This document shows, in pieces, positions 1 to 10,839 of a stretch of 63,910 bases of DNA (position 1 is its first letter; each line of letters starts with the position of its first letter). The notes below the pieces were generated by a model. That model searched no databases, was not told where the DNA came from, and saw nothing but the letters and a program-made list of their open reading frames with translations. The stretch is from Craspedostauros australis (Eukaryota), in assembly GCA_030167865.1 (NCBI GenBank), contig JALAGF010005407.1:1-63910 (forward strand), read 5' to 3'. Both the position numbers and the translations under genes were made by a program.

Positions 1-558
1 ACTAATACATACCCTCCGATCATCACGGAACAGCGTTCATATTCGACCAAATGGACCGTAAATGTACAAAGGTCCATAAAAATTACATACGGTCTTAGAG
101 CAAACTATGCGTCCATTTTACTTATTATTGTTTATCTCGTTGAATAATTTGTGAGTGTTTTGGTGACAATAACCGTTTTGTTGCCACCGCCCCAGGACCG
201 ACTGCAGGTCCCGTCGCTCAACCGGCTCACAAGTATGTTTTTTGTGGGCTGATTCTTGTGCTGTTGACATGAAGTACGACCAAGTTGCACTGCAGGCAAT
301 CCAGCTCTGTTGTCCATCTGGTAGACAGAAGGGAACAATCCAAGCTCTGTTGTGTCAACGATAGTCACGCGTACGTTGCAACAGGTGAGAGATCGCTAAA
401 TTGAGAAATGCCGAGAGCACTCGCTAGTGAGAAACTGGTGAAGCTGTGTCCTGGTTCCACATCACACACGACGTCGATCACTCTCTGTGCTTGACGCAGA
501 GGCGGATTACGAGTCCCGTGACCGATGCCCCGAAACCACAAAATGACATCATATTGGG

Positions 559-668
559 CCCAGCGCACTTCCATGAAAAAAATGAGAATGAGAAACTCAT
601 TAATGAAAACAATCGCACCCAGCGCACTTTTGTAGAACAAAAATGAGAATGAGAAACTCATTAATGAG
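559..668. repeat. Imperfect 59-bp direct tandem duplication containing the palindrome CTCATTAATGAG
   Basis: CCCAGCGCACTT starts at 559 and again at 618. Each copy is followed by AAAATGAGAATGAGAAACTCATTAATGA. The context is AT-rich and non-coding. Confidence 0.85.
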
Positions 669-1050
669 AATTATCACGACTAGCCCATTTCTTGAGGCTT
701 GGAAATCGAATTCGTGAATGAGGTCACAAAGACAGTCGCAATGGCATTTGATATTTACTTGACTCTTTAATTAGTACATCGATCATAGAGAGATACAACA
801 ATAGTCATTGATTCTGGACATCAGTCCGGATGGTCATGAGCACGGTTTCTATTACGCCCAACGAACTGTTTCGCACAGGAGAAAGAAAATACAGGTCGAG
901 TTAGTCGGACATCGACCAATTTCTGGATTTGCCGGGTGTCCCAGAAGCGCAGTCTCCACGCGATGACACGACACCATGGTGCCGGCGATTGCCGCCAGTT
1001 CCGTGCATGCAGCGTCTGCCAACACTCGACTGCCATACACTACTATACGC

Positions 1051-1098
1051 TGCACAATTGCACAGTTGCACCACTGCACCACTGCACAACTGCAGAAT
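1051..1098. repeat. 8-bp minisatellite (TGCAC-type unit) x6 upstream of the DUF1350 start
   Basis: tgcacaat tgcacagt tgcaccac tgcaccac tgcacaac tgcagaat. Confidence 0.85.
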
Positions 1099-1172
1099 CC
1101 GCAGAATCGCAGACCTGCTCGACCAGGGATCACACCACGGCAACAACGTGTATTGGAACAGAATCAGCAACC

Positions 1173-2999
1173 ATGTGGACTCGGCGCCTCTTTGTGTTTG
1201 TTCCTTCATTTGTGGTCGTTGCATTCTTGGTACCAGCGGCAGTCAATTCATTCTCTGCAGACACTGGTGTGCTGCGCAGACCTACCACTAAACACAGGGG
1301 AACAAACAGGAGCCGTGACAGCAGCGCCAGGGATAGCAGTGGCCGTACCAACACAATCTCACATGAAAAGATAGCTGAGACCAGCTTCGTTCGAGGCCGC
1401 CGTACCAGTAGCAAGCTGATGGCAACAGATAGAAGGCGACAAGGACAGACAAGAGCAGACTTCGACTACTACGACGATGGCGATGAATACGATGACTATG
1501 ACGAAAACGACAAATCCGATGACTATGAGTTCGACTACTACGATACTGCAAATGACAACGACGATCGCAATCGATACCGCAATCGGAGTCGTGATGGTAA
1601 CGTCAATCGAGATCAATACGAGTATTCGTATGACGATGGCAACAACGACGACGACGTTGCACCGTCGGAAGCTCCCGATTCCAACAAACGCGGAGGGATG
1701 TACAAGGTGTACTTTGATGGGACCGTCGACCCGTCCGAAGTTCAGCCAGAATGGGAATCTTGCGCATCTCCGGATGGCAAGTTGCAGGCACAAGTTCTCT
1801 TGCCGCCGGCTTCCACCGAGCGTCCCAGCGTGGTCGTTCACTTCGTCGGAGGTACGTTCTTTGGATCTGCCCCGAGGGCCTTGTACGGCACATTTTTGGA
1901 AGGATTGGTGCAGAACACGCAATGCGCAGTAGTTGCCACTCCCATTCCCGTCACGATGCGCAAAAACCCGCTGCGGCATGTCGAGCTGTGCAAACGACTG
2001 CAACGGTCCTTCGAGTACGCTTGGGATGCGGTGATCGTGGATGAGTACGGGGAGCAGCAGCTTGAGGACGTGAAATGCTGCGGGATCGGACATTCGCTGG
2101 GTTCCCGGCTTCTGGTTGTGCTGGAAACGCTGAAGATGCGACAACCAGATGCGAGTACGGCGCAGTGTCCTTCGTACTCATCTCTCGTGCTGGTTAGTTT
2201 CACGAATTATGGTGCGTCTGCTGGAATTCCAGGCATCGCAGCCTTGATGAACAAGAGCAAGAGTGACGAACGATCCGCGACCGTCAGTGATGAACGTGAG
2301 AGACTGAGACGTTCCGCGAAGGCAAAGAGGGAGCCGTTCGATGATTCGTTTTATGATTCGAGCAGACGCCGGAGGCCCAGGGGCAGAGGCGAGCAGAGCG
2401 GTGCCGGCGACAGATACGGTTCCAATGGTGACGATGGTTACGGCAACAGTTATGATCGCTATTCCGAATATGATGACGAAGACGAATTGGTCTGGGATGA
2501 ATTCGTCGAAGAGGTGCAGGGGGCGGTGAAAGAGCAAACCTCTCGCGTGCGAAAAGCCTTAACCCCGAAGCTGGACGACCTCGAGTTCCACCCCACGCCT
2601 GATCAGCTATGGAATGCATTGTCCAAGGATGGCCGTTACTCTGTTCCGCAAACACTGCTGGTCCAGTTCGATGATGACGCGATCGATCAGAGCGCAAAGT
2701 TGGCGCGCGTGTTGCAGGAGACCAATTCCACGAGTATCAAGTATGCGCGGCTGAGAGGTGATCATTTGAGCCCAGTCTCGCTGAATGGTGGAAGCGCGAC
2801 CGCAGAGCAGAACCGGGGCCAGCGAAACATCGTGACGACAGCATCTCAACGCCTTGGTCAGATCCTTGGCAACAGAATCGATCGCGGTACTGGCAGCGGC
2901 AGCAGCAGCGCCACCGCCAAAGGCAACTTCGCATTGACAGAACTGCGAAGGAGCGTATCGAGGTACCTTATTGACATAGTGGCCAAGCCGGATGCGTAG
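1173..2999 (+). CDS. DUF1350-like alpha/beta-hydrolase, probably plastid-targeted
   Basis: Motifs VVHFVGGTFFGSAPRALYGTFLEGL, nucleophile elbow GIGHSLGS, LLVQFDDDAIDQS and GDHLSP. The likely start is ATG 1173 (MWTRRLFVFVPSFVVVAFLVPAAVNS-F: signal peptide + F, an ASAF-type motif). Acidic Y/D-rich insertions are present. Confidence 0.8.
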   Translation: MWTRRLFVFVPSFVVVAFLVPAAVNSFSADTGVLRRPTTKHRGTNRSRDSSARDSSGRTNTISHEKIAETSFVRGRRTSSKLMATDRRRQGQTRADFDYYDDGDEYDDYDENDKSDDYEFDYYDTANDNDDRNRYRNRSRDGNVNRDQYEYSYDDGNNDDDVAPSEAPDSNKRGGMYKVYFDGTVDPSEVQPEWESCASPDGKLQAQVLLPPASTERPSVVVHFVGGTFFGSAPRALYGTFLEGLVQNTQCAVVATPIPVTMRKNPLRHVELCKRLQRSFEYAWDAVIVDEYGEQQLEDVKCCGIGHSLGSRLLVVLETLKMRQPDASTAQCPSYSSLVLVSFTNYGASAGIPGIAALMNKSKSDERSATVSDERERLRRSAKAKREPFDDSFYDSSRRRRPRGRGEQSGAGDRYGSNGDDGYGNSYDRYSEYDDEDELVWDEFVEEVQGAVKEQTSRVRKALTPKLDDLEFHPTPDQLWNALSKDGRYSVPQTLLVQFDDDAIDQSAKLARVLQETNSTSIKYARLRGDHLSPVSLNGGSATAEQNRGQRNIVTTASQRLGQILGNRIDRGTGSGSSSATAKGNFALTELRRSVSRYLIDIVAKPDA

Positions 3000-3446
3000 T
3001 CAATCGAGCAAAACGGCACGGTCCTGGTCGTTCTCATGTCTTGGCATGTCAGAAGGTATGGTACAAGCTGAATGGTGTGAACATTGGAGTGGCCTCATCA
3101 GTCTTTAGAGAATTGCACACAGAACGTCATATTCGTAGGGTAACATCAGACTCCTCGTACGACACAATGTGCACCGTACGTACCAAAAGTACAAATAGAG
3201 AGATATTACATCATCGACCGGCCACAATTGCGATACACTCCGATCACTGGGGAGGTCGCTATTGTGACATACATGAGATAATCGGAAAAGGGCAGGTTAC
3301 ACATTTTGTATGTATGGTACATGCGGAGACGCGGTCGCGGTAAGAGACATCGGATTTGTCTGCTTTGCGTATTACCATGCGCAAGGACACACTTCTGGGA
3401 CTTGCCGCGTTTGAGAGGTGACAGGATCACAGGGAACAGCGACGCC

Positions 3447-4106
3447 TCATGATCTGTCCTTCTTCTTTGATTTGGATTTCTTCTTTTTCTTCTTCTGCTC
3501 TTTGGATCTGGCTTTTGTGGTGGACGTGCTCTTCGACAGCCCGCTCCCAACGTTGAACGCAGGCATCGGCGGAGACGTGCTACCGAATATACACGCCATG
3601 TCGGCTGCGCTCTTCTGGCCGAACTTGGCTTCCCGCATCTTCTTGGCATGGCCTGCCGTCACCTTGTTCTGGGCGAGGATGAGGTCGCCCTCCGCCTTGC
3701 GTTTTCTCCTCTTTTTGTCCTTCTTGCCTTTCTTGCTCTTTTTCTTTCTTGATTTCTTTGACTCTATCCCCTCCCTATTGTTCTTGTCTGTGCTTCCATC
3801 ATCATTGCTCTCGCTGTCACTGCCGTCGTCGGTGCTGTTGTTGTTCGAGGTATCATGGTGTGCTTGGAGGTTGGCAAGGACGTCCGAAAAGTGCTTGGAG
3901 GACTCCGAACTGCCACCCTCCGACGCGATCTTCGCTCCGATGCCCAGACCCTCCTGGCGCTTGATGGCGCGCAAGGCATGGATGGAATTGGATCGCTTGC
4001 CCAACGATTCACCCTCATTCCACCCCATCTTGGCCAGCAGATTGGCCCCTTTGTTGTTGTTCCTCCATTCCAGATTCCTGTTGTCCTCCTTGGCCACGAT
4101 CGTCAT
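3447..4106 (-). CDS. G-patch domain protein, PinX1/Pxr1(Gno1)-like
   Basis: N-terminal G-patch GANLLAKMGWNEGESLGKR...RQEGLGIGA, followed by FSDVLANL, DMACIFG and a Lys-rich tail. Confidence 0.85.
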   Translation of the reverse strand: MTIVAKEDNRNLEWRNNNKGANLLAKMGWNEGESLGKRSNSIHALRAIKRQEGLGIGAKIASEGGSSESSKHFSDVLANLQAHHDTSNNNSTDDGSDSESNDDGSTDKNNREGIESKKSRKKKSKKGKKDKKRRKRKAEGDLILAQNKVTAGHAKKMREAKFGQKSAADMACIFGSTSPPMPAFNVGSGLSKSTSTTKARSKEQKKKKKKSKSKKKDRS

Positions 4107-5076
4107 GGTGTCGCTTCAATCCCTTTCTGCTGCTGCTGCTGCTGCTGCTGCTGTCGCTGTTGCTGTTGTTCGTATCCCTGCTCCTGTTGTGATCACTCGT
4201 ACTGACGCGGCTTCGAGATTGGTGTTGCTGCAATCCAGAAGTCTCCCAAGGATTGCTCTCGACCTTGTCGAATGTGTCGGATGCACTCTCTCCACGAGTA
4301 GTTCGTTCACGTGCTATTGCGTATAATAAGATAGCTTGGAATATTCTCGTCGCTCTTCACTTGCGTCTCCTCTGTTGGCATGCGCACACACGGGAATCAG
4401 AAGAGGGTGGGCGAGTTTTGATGGGAAGAACTTCTGCAGAACCATTTGAAGTGGCAGAGAGGGCGCCCAAAACTGTCGTTCACCCCTGTTTTCATCATCT
4501 TCCGTTTTGGTTGGTTGGTGTTGTGTGGGACAAAAACGACCACGAAGAAATCGACGACCACGAGGACACAAACGAGAAAAGTCTGTGGAGCAGAATCGAG
4601 ACTATCCAAGTCCCAACGCGACTGTCCCCAACTGTTTGATGTCTCTGACCTTGATAATCTACGACTACGACCTACGAGCTGCGATTGCGTCCCTATCGGT
4701 GCTCCTACTTGCACTCGCGGCATTTTTCTGTCGTCGTCTGGGACTGTGCTCCGTTCCTCGCGACAAGCGCACCGTCTATTTTCGTAGAGTACATGCATGC
4801 AACTTCACCGATCTCGTGATTTTTCCTATACTGTGCTCAAAGCTAACTCCTCGATGGCATCTGAATGTTGGCGGTGTGCGCTATTTCGGCACAACCACCA
4901 GCGTGCTTGCCACGAGAATGTTCCATCATCGTATTGGTACAACAGCTCATACAACAGCTCGTAGAGCGCTGGCGTACCGTTTTCTTCTAATACTTGTCCA
5001 CACCCTTGGGACGGTATGGGATGCAGCGTGTGATCACCTTCTGATTTTGACCACACGATTCAATGCGGACCATCGT

Positions 5077-6726
5077 CTACTTGGCATCGCCCTCCGATTC
5101 TGACTCTTCTGTCTCATCGGCAGCGTCGTCGGACTTGCCTTCGTCGTCTTCCTTGGGCTCCTCCTCGGCGCCCAGACTGACGATGCACTCGGCCTCCTTC
5201 AGCAGGTTCCCATCCAATTCCAATCCAGTTGCGACCTGCTCGATGACGCAGTCCTTGGCAACGTCGGCTGAGACCTGGCTGCTGGCAACCTTCACTTTGT
5301 AGTTGACCTCGCTGCCTGCTTCCACGCTGTATTCTGTGACTCCGATAGACGTGAACACATTCTTCAGGGACAGTCCACCATACTTCGAACCGAATTCGCT
5401 CTCTCCGTGCTCTGCGTTCAACTCATCAAGGCGATCATACACCGGCAGAAACTCCTTCAGAATGTTTGTCTTTGACGTCGACTTGTTGGATGTTTGGAGA
5501 TTCTGCGGTACAATGTGATGTGATGCGATGTGACGTGAAGCATTTTGAACGAAGAATGGCGTGATGAATCGTACCAATAAATTTGTTGGAACGGGTTGAG
5601 AGAAAATGAAATGAAATTGAGATGAGATGAGGAGGGCGCCATGAGTTCCACCACTTCGAACAATCTCAAGCTGCGAGCGTCGTCGTGTGCGTCATCGTGT
5701 GCGTCATCGTGCGTGCTTCTGTTACATGCGATGCCTGCGTCGGTCGGCTCATCTCGTCCGCACAAATCTGACCCATCTCCGCTGCACGATGACAAGTTCT
5801 TGGAGCACATCCGCACACCATCGCCATCAAGGCACAAACCAACACTGATGGCACGATCATACCCATAAAATAGCGCCCTGTGGTGTCTGCTCATATTCCT
5901 AGAATGAAAACGGAGTGACTTACTCTTCGAATTCTTCGCATATTCTCCATCTCGGCCACCTTTCGTGCGTATCCTGCCTGTTGATTTTGAAATGAAGCGA
6001 ACAGAGTGTGTGTTGGCATGCGGTGTCGAGCAGAGCAAGCAGAATTGATGATTTCACGAAGAAACGAAGAGGCAGAAGATGTCAGGGCGTGTTGCTCCAC
6101 TCCAGTTTTTCGAACAATGTTGCACTCGCACACACAATGGCAAAATAGACCAGATGAGTAACGTCGAGCAGAACACGCTACTCTCTAGAGTACGCGGATC
6201 CGACGATGAACGGTGCTGAAGCAGGCAAGCAAGCTAGCAGGTACGTAAATAAACAATTGAGCGCGAGACTTGCCTGCGAGAATTCGTCCGCCTTGTCGGA
6301 TGTGTACTGCAGCGTGCTCTTCTTTTCGTTGAGGGTGGCCTCCATCTTGGCAATCTTTTCCTTGAGCTCCCTCAGCGCCGCATCTTCCTCCGACTCGACC
6401 TCTTCTTCTTCCTCCTCCTCCTCCTTCTCGTCCGCTTCCTTCTCTGCTTCAGCCTTCTCTTCAGCATCCTCGCTCTCGTCTTTGGCTTCTTCGCTCTCTA
6501 CCTTTTCGCTGGGTTCTTCAGCAGCGAACAAAGCGGATGCAGCAGATCTTCCAGAGATCCGAGCCGGTGTCAAGGAGAAATCCTGGTTGATGGAGATCGT
6601 GCTAGCAGCGATGCTAGATCCTTGCGGGGTTGGGCCAACCGTGAAGGCTGTCACGGACATGCCCTCGAACGTGCATGTGAGGGATGCCAACACGATGGAG
6701 ACGACTGCTTTGCTGATGATTGCCAT
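5077..6726 (-). CDS. grpE: Plastid-targeted GrpE nucleotide-exchange co-chaperone, 3 exons (6726-6274, 5977-5924, 5502-5077; ~310 aa)
   Basis: Signal peptide ending VTA-F, then an acidic linker and coiled coil. Exon 2 reads AGYARKVAEMENMRRIRR and exon 3 KEFLPVYDRL...VIEQVATGLELDGNLLKEAECIVS (GrpE motifs). Junctions CAG|GCAAGT..CAG and AGA|GTAAGT..CAG keep the frame. Confidence 0.85.
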
Positions 6727-7791
6727 GGCGAGATGTTAGAAGGATGGGTGAGCTTGTAGTATTTGTAGCTGAGTTGGTTGGTCTCTCGAGGTTGCTGTTG
6801 TGAGATGGGAGCCTGGCGGAGTTGTGTATCGGATCTGACGGGGAGAAAAAGAAGAAAAACAGACACGGGATCTTCGGTGGGAGATGATGGCTGGTTGGGT
6901 TCGATGAGAAGGCGCGTGGTACCAACGCTTGATGCTGGTTGGCGATGCTGACGCCGATGCTGATGCTTTGGATGTGCGTTGTGCATGATGTGCCATGTCA
7001 AAAAAAGCAAACACATCAAAGAAAGTGGTGGAAGATTGGCATTTCCAGGTGGAAGCAACTGATCACGGCCAGACGGAACGGCATTAACCCCATAACCTCA
7101 GAGAATAGTATCTTCGGGGTCACAAATCCACCAAGATAGATCCCGCATGGAGCCAAGAGGTCATCAACGCCAAAATGTCGCGAAGCGTCCCAAGACGGGA
7201 CACGAAAACACACGCCACGACTGCGACAAAAACCGACACAAGACATTGCGCGAGACACGATACACGAACAACCACGAAGGGAGGAAGAACCAAGACAGCG
7301 CGGCGAGTCTCCGCGGAAGATCCTCTGCGCCATCGTCATCCCATGCCTTCTTGCTCATTCACGAGGAAGGTGCGTGCCGAACATCCCGCACCTGCACGAA
7401 ACCCATCAGGCATCGCACGGAGGAGAAACAACAGTTCCAGTCGAAGAATCGCACCAGAACCAGAATCAGGACTGCGAAGAAGTAAAATCAAGTGCATGAC
7501 CTCGATCACCACAAAACATTTGCCGTTGTGTGCCGTTGGTTGTATCCGTCCCAGAGTGCCTGCGTCCAATACAAAATACTTGACTCATAGCATCTCACTG
7601 CATGGCCTTGCCAGCCAACAACATCTGACAGCAGCAGCAGCAGCAGCAACAACAACAGCAGTTCCAGCTACACACATCGAGTTCAACTCTTCCGCAAAGG
7701 GAGAGACAGCGAGTCAAGAAGACAAGCAGAAGCAGTAGGAGCAGCAGCAGAAGCAGCAGGAGCAGCAACAGTACCTCGGAACCCCATCACC

Positions 7792-10254
7792 ATGAGCGCA
7801 GCACCAAGAAGATCGTCGAAGAAGTTCGGCAGCGCGTTCGCAGCCTTCGAGCAGTCGAATTCGGTTCCTTCCGCATTCTCTCACACCGTGAAGGACACGA
7901 AGAAGCTGGGAACCCGCAAGTTCGCTCCCAAGAACAAGTTCATCAAGCCAGATGTCAAGGTCTCCTCCAAGAACTCCGACCTCGAGGGCCTCAGCGACGT
8001 CATCTCCAAGGTCAAGAAGGAGGATGTCGCTGTGCAGCGCGGAGCCGTGCGGAAATTCAAGGTCACCAAACAGATTTCGAAGCGCTTCACCTCCGACGAC
8101 ATCAAGGGCAGCGACGAAGGCGGAATCGGCCAAGCCAACGGAGGCAAGGTCAAGAACAAGGTCGACTGGAGGCAGAATCGCCTCAACAACTTCAAGAAGC
8201 GCGCAGAAGAGGATGCGCAGAAGCGCTCCGTGCAGGAGAGCGGCGCAAAGAAGACGACGCCAATGTACGGCAGGCCGAACGGCGGTGCCGCCCGAACGCG
8301 CATCCGCAAGGATGGTGGTGCTGCCGGCGGTGCGAGGCAGAAGACGTCGGCGAAGTCCATCCTCAGGATGTTGGACGATGCCATCGAGGATGGGCCATCG
8401 GAAGAGGCCAAGGAGAGAGCGGCGGCCAAGAAGGCAGCTCAGGATGCCATGACGTCCTTGCCAGAGCCGACGAAGGTTGTGGTGGCACCAACTCCAGCTC
8501 CACCTCCAGCAGTAGCATCTTCCAAGGGCGTCACCAAGCCAAAGCCGAAACCCTTGGGAAGGTCCAAGTTCGGGTCGAAGACATCCCCCAACAATTCGCA
8601 GCACAGCGATTCGTCAAACAACGCTTCGGACAATGCCAAGGCCAAGCCAACGATCAAATCACCCATCAAATCAGCGACGAAACCAGCGATCAAGCCAGCC
8701 TCGAAGCCTGTCATCAAACCTGCGGCCAAACCTGCCCAATCCACAAGTGCTGCACCCAGCTATCTCAAGAGGAGGTCCATTGGCAACTCTGGTGATGCGA
8801 AAACAGCATCTCCAGCTGCGGTCCCAGCCCCAGCTGTTAAGCCGGCGGAAAAGCCCGTCGCAAAGCTGGTGGAAAAGCCAGTCACGCCTGCAGCCAAACC
8901 ACAGCAGAAGCGCACCTTCGGCACCACATCAAAGCCGACCGTTCCAGCACCAACCATTCCGAAGCCCACCGCCAAAACCTCGAACGATGATGATGACGAT
9001 GACGACAACAGCTCAACGAGCACCGATGGTGACTCCGATAATGATCGCGAGGATACACCACCGAAGGCGGCTCCGAAACCAGCTCCGAAACCAGCTGCGG
9101 TCAAGGCAACTAGCCCTGCTGCCTCACAGATCAAGCCGAAGATCCAGGAGAAGCCAGCTCCAACTCCAGCTGCAGTCAAACCCGCTCCCGCCTCCACACT
9201 GGGAGTGGCATCCACAAAGGCAGCACCCAAACCAGCAGCGACTGCGGCAGCAGCAACAACAACAACGGCAGCAAAGCCAAGCTTTTCCGGCATGTCGTAT
9301 GTCAACAAATCTCGCAAGAAGTCGTACGACAGCAGCGACGATTCGTCTGATTCTTCCGCTTCCTCCCAGGAATCCGACAATGACGTTCCTTTGCCAGCCA
9401 CTCCCAAGGGACTGTCAGCCATCGCAACGATCGACTTTGCCGCCAAGCTTGAGCTGGGTCCGCCAATAAGCCCGATCAAGGCACCCGACAAATCCGTGCT
9501 GGAGGGGGAGACGCCTGAGGAAAAGATAGAGCGCCTCAAGAAAACAATCGAGGTGACCAAGGAAAAGCTTGAGCGCAGCCTCAAGGACAAGGACCAGCGC
9601 ATCAACGACCTTACGAAGACAGTGTCCAAGGACAAGGATCGGTTGAAGAGAGAGATCGAGAAGCAGATCCGGGATCAGAGGACGATCAACGCAAAGCAGC
9701 AGAAAAAGGACCAGAAGGCCATCAACAAAGGCAAGGAGGCCGTTGAGGACCTGCAGGCCGACAACAAGCGCTGGCGAGCGACGCTGCAAAGGCTTCCGGC
9801 CCAGATGGCAGAGACGAAGGCCGAGAGCGAATCGCTGATGATCGCCAACGAGGAGATCGCGGGCCATGTTAAGACGTTGGAGAAGGTTACGAAAGAGCTG
9901 CAGGCCAAGCACGACGGGTATTTGGAATCAAACACGGTCTGTCGCGACCAATACCTCCCCAAGTACCGCCAAGAGCTGTATGAACGTCAGCAGTACATCA
10001 ACACGGAGACGAAGGTTAAGGCGTTGTACAAGAGCGTGATTTACAAAATTGCCAAGGCCGTCGACAAGACGCGGCAGGCATCGCTCATCGAGGCTGTGAC
10101 GGAATTCATCACGGAGGGCGAGAAGGAAGTCAACCCCAGGTTCGATCCCATGATCGTGTTGGCGTCGTACAACGATGATTCAGACAGCAGTAGCAGCAGT
10201 GACTCGGACAGCGATTCTGACTCAGATTCGGACTCTGACTCTGACTCGGATTGA
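7792..10254 (+). CDS. 820-aa Pro/Ala/Lys-rich protein with C-terminal coiled-coil domain and (SD)n tail; paralog of 10840-12876
   Basis: Long intronless ORF with coding-type codon use. Its C-terminal CRDQYLPKYRQEL...TETKVKALYK...KIAK block is shared with the neighbouring gene. Confidence 0.85.
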   Translation: MSAAPRRSSKKFGSAFAAFEQSNSVPSAFSHTVKDTKKLGTRKFAPKNKFIKPDVKVSSKNSDLEGLSDVISKVKKEDVAVQRGAVRKFKVTKQISKRFTSDDIKGSDEGGIGQANGGKVKNKVDWRQNRLNNFKKRAEEDAQKRSVQESGAKKTTPMYGRPNGGAARTRIRKDGGAAGGARQKTSAKSILRMLDDAIEDGPSEEAKERAAAKKAAQDAMTSLPEPTKVVVAPTPAPPPAVASSKGVTKPKPKPLGRSKFGSKTSPNNSQHSDSSNNASDNAKAKPTIKSPIKSATKPAIKPASKPVIKPAAKPAQSTSAAPSYLKRRSIGNSGDAKTASPAAVPAPAVKPAEKPVAKLVEKPVTPAAKPQQKRTFGTTSKPTVPAPTIPKPTAKTSNDDDDDDDNSSTSTDGDSDNDREDTPPKAAPKPAPKPAAVKATSPAASQIKPKIQEKPAPTPAAVKPAPASTLGVASTKAAPKPAATAAAATTTTAAKPSFSGMSYVNKSRKKSYDSSDDSSDSSASSQESDNDVPLPATPKGLSAIATIDFAAKLELGPPISPIKAPDKSVLEGETPEEKIERLKKTIEVTKEKLERSLKDKDQRINDLTKTVSKDKDRLKREIEKQIRDQRTINAKQQKKDQKAINKGKEAVEDLQADNKRWRATLQRLPAQMAETKAESESLMIANEEIAGHVKTLEKVTKELQAKHDGYLESNTVCRDQYLPKYRQELYERQQYINTETKVKALYKSVIYKIAKAVDKTRQASLIEAVTEFITEGEKEVNPRFDPMIVLASYNDDSDSSSSSDSDSDSDSDSDSDSDSD

Positions 10255-10839
10255 TTAGATTTGATATGATATGATATAATATGATTTAATTCGGCTTAGT
10301 TTAATTGAGACTAGTTGATGGAAGTAATCGTGAAGCATGCCGTTCCACGACTTTGCGTTTCCTCTGTCGCCTTCCCTTGACTGTGAGTCTCGCCTCGCCC
10401 AACAAAAACGCAGTGAATGGACAGGCCGAGCTGGCTCCAGACAGTTCAATCGAGACTACTTGCCATCCATTTACCATCGAAGCACAAAGACGAGCAAGAG
10501 CGCAGAGTAGAGTGCAGGAGATAGAACATCGCAGTATGTTGTGGCGTCTACCAAATATGGCTACCGTACCATAGCAGAAGAGTATCGTGCTGTATATTCT
10601 ATTGACCAATAATTACTTGGCGGAATGAGATGCAATGATCTACCCATACTCCAAGGCATCACGCCGAGTAGAGTGGAGTGAAATGCATGCAATTCTATTG
10701 TTGCATCTGTACCAATGCACCACGCAGTGTCACAGCGAGCACACATCTCACACTCCATTCCATTCCTCTTCACGCCACGGCACCGCAGACTACCAGACCG
10801 TGGTTGCGCCACATTGCACAAAAAAGGAGGTGCACTGCT

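Noticed and set aside
936..1172. N-terminal extension of the DUF1350 ORF (HHCTT-like repeats)
   Set aside because: Non-ATG start that translates a minisatellite; the signal peptide begins at ATG 1173.
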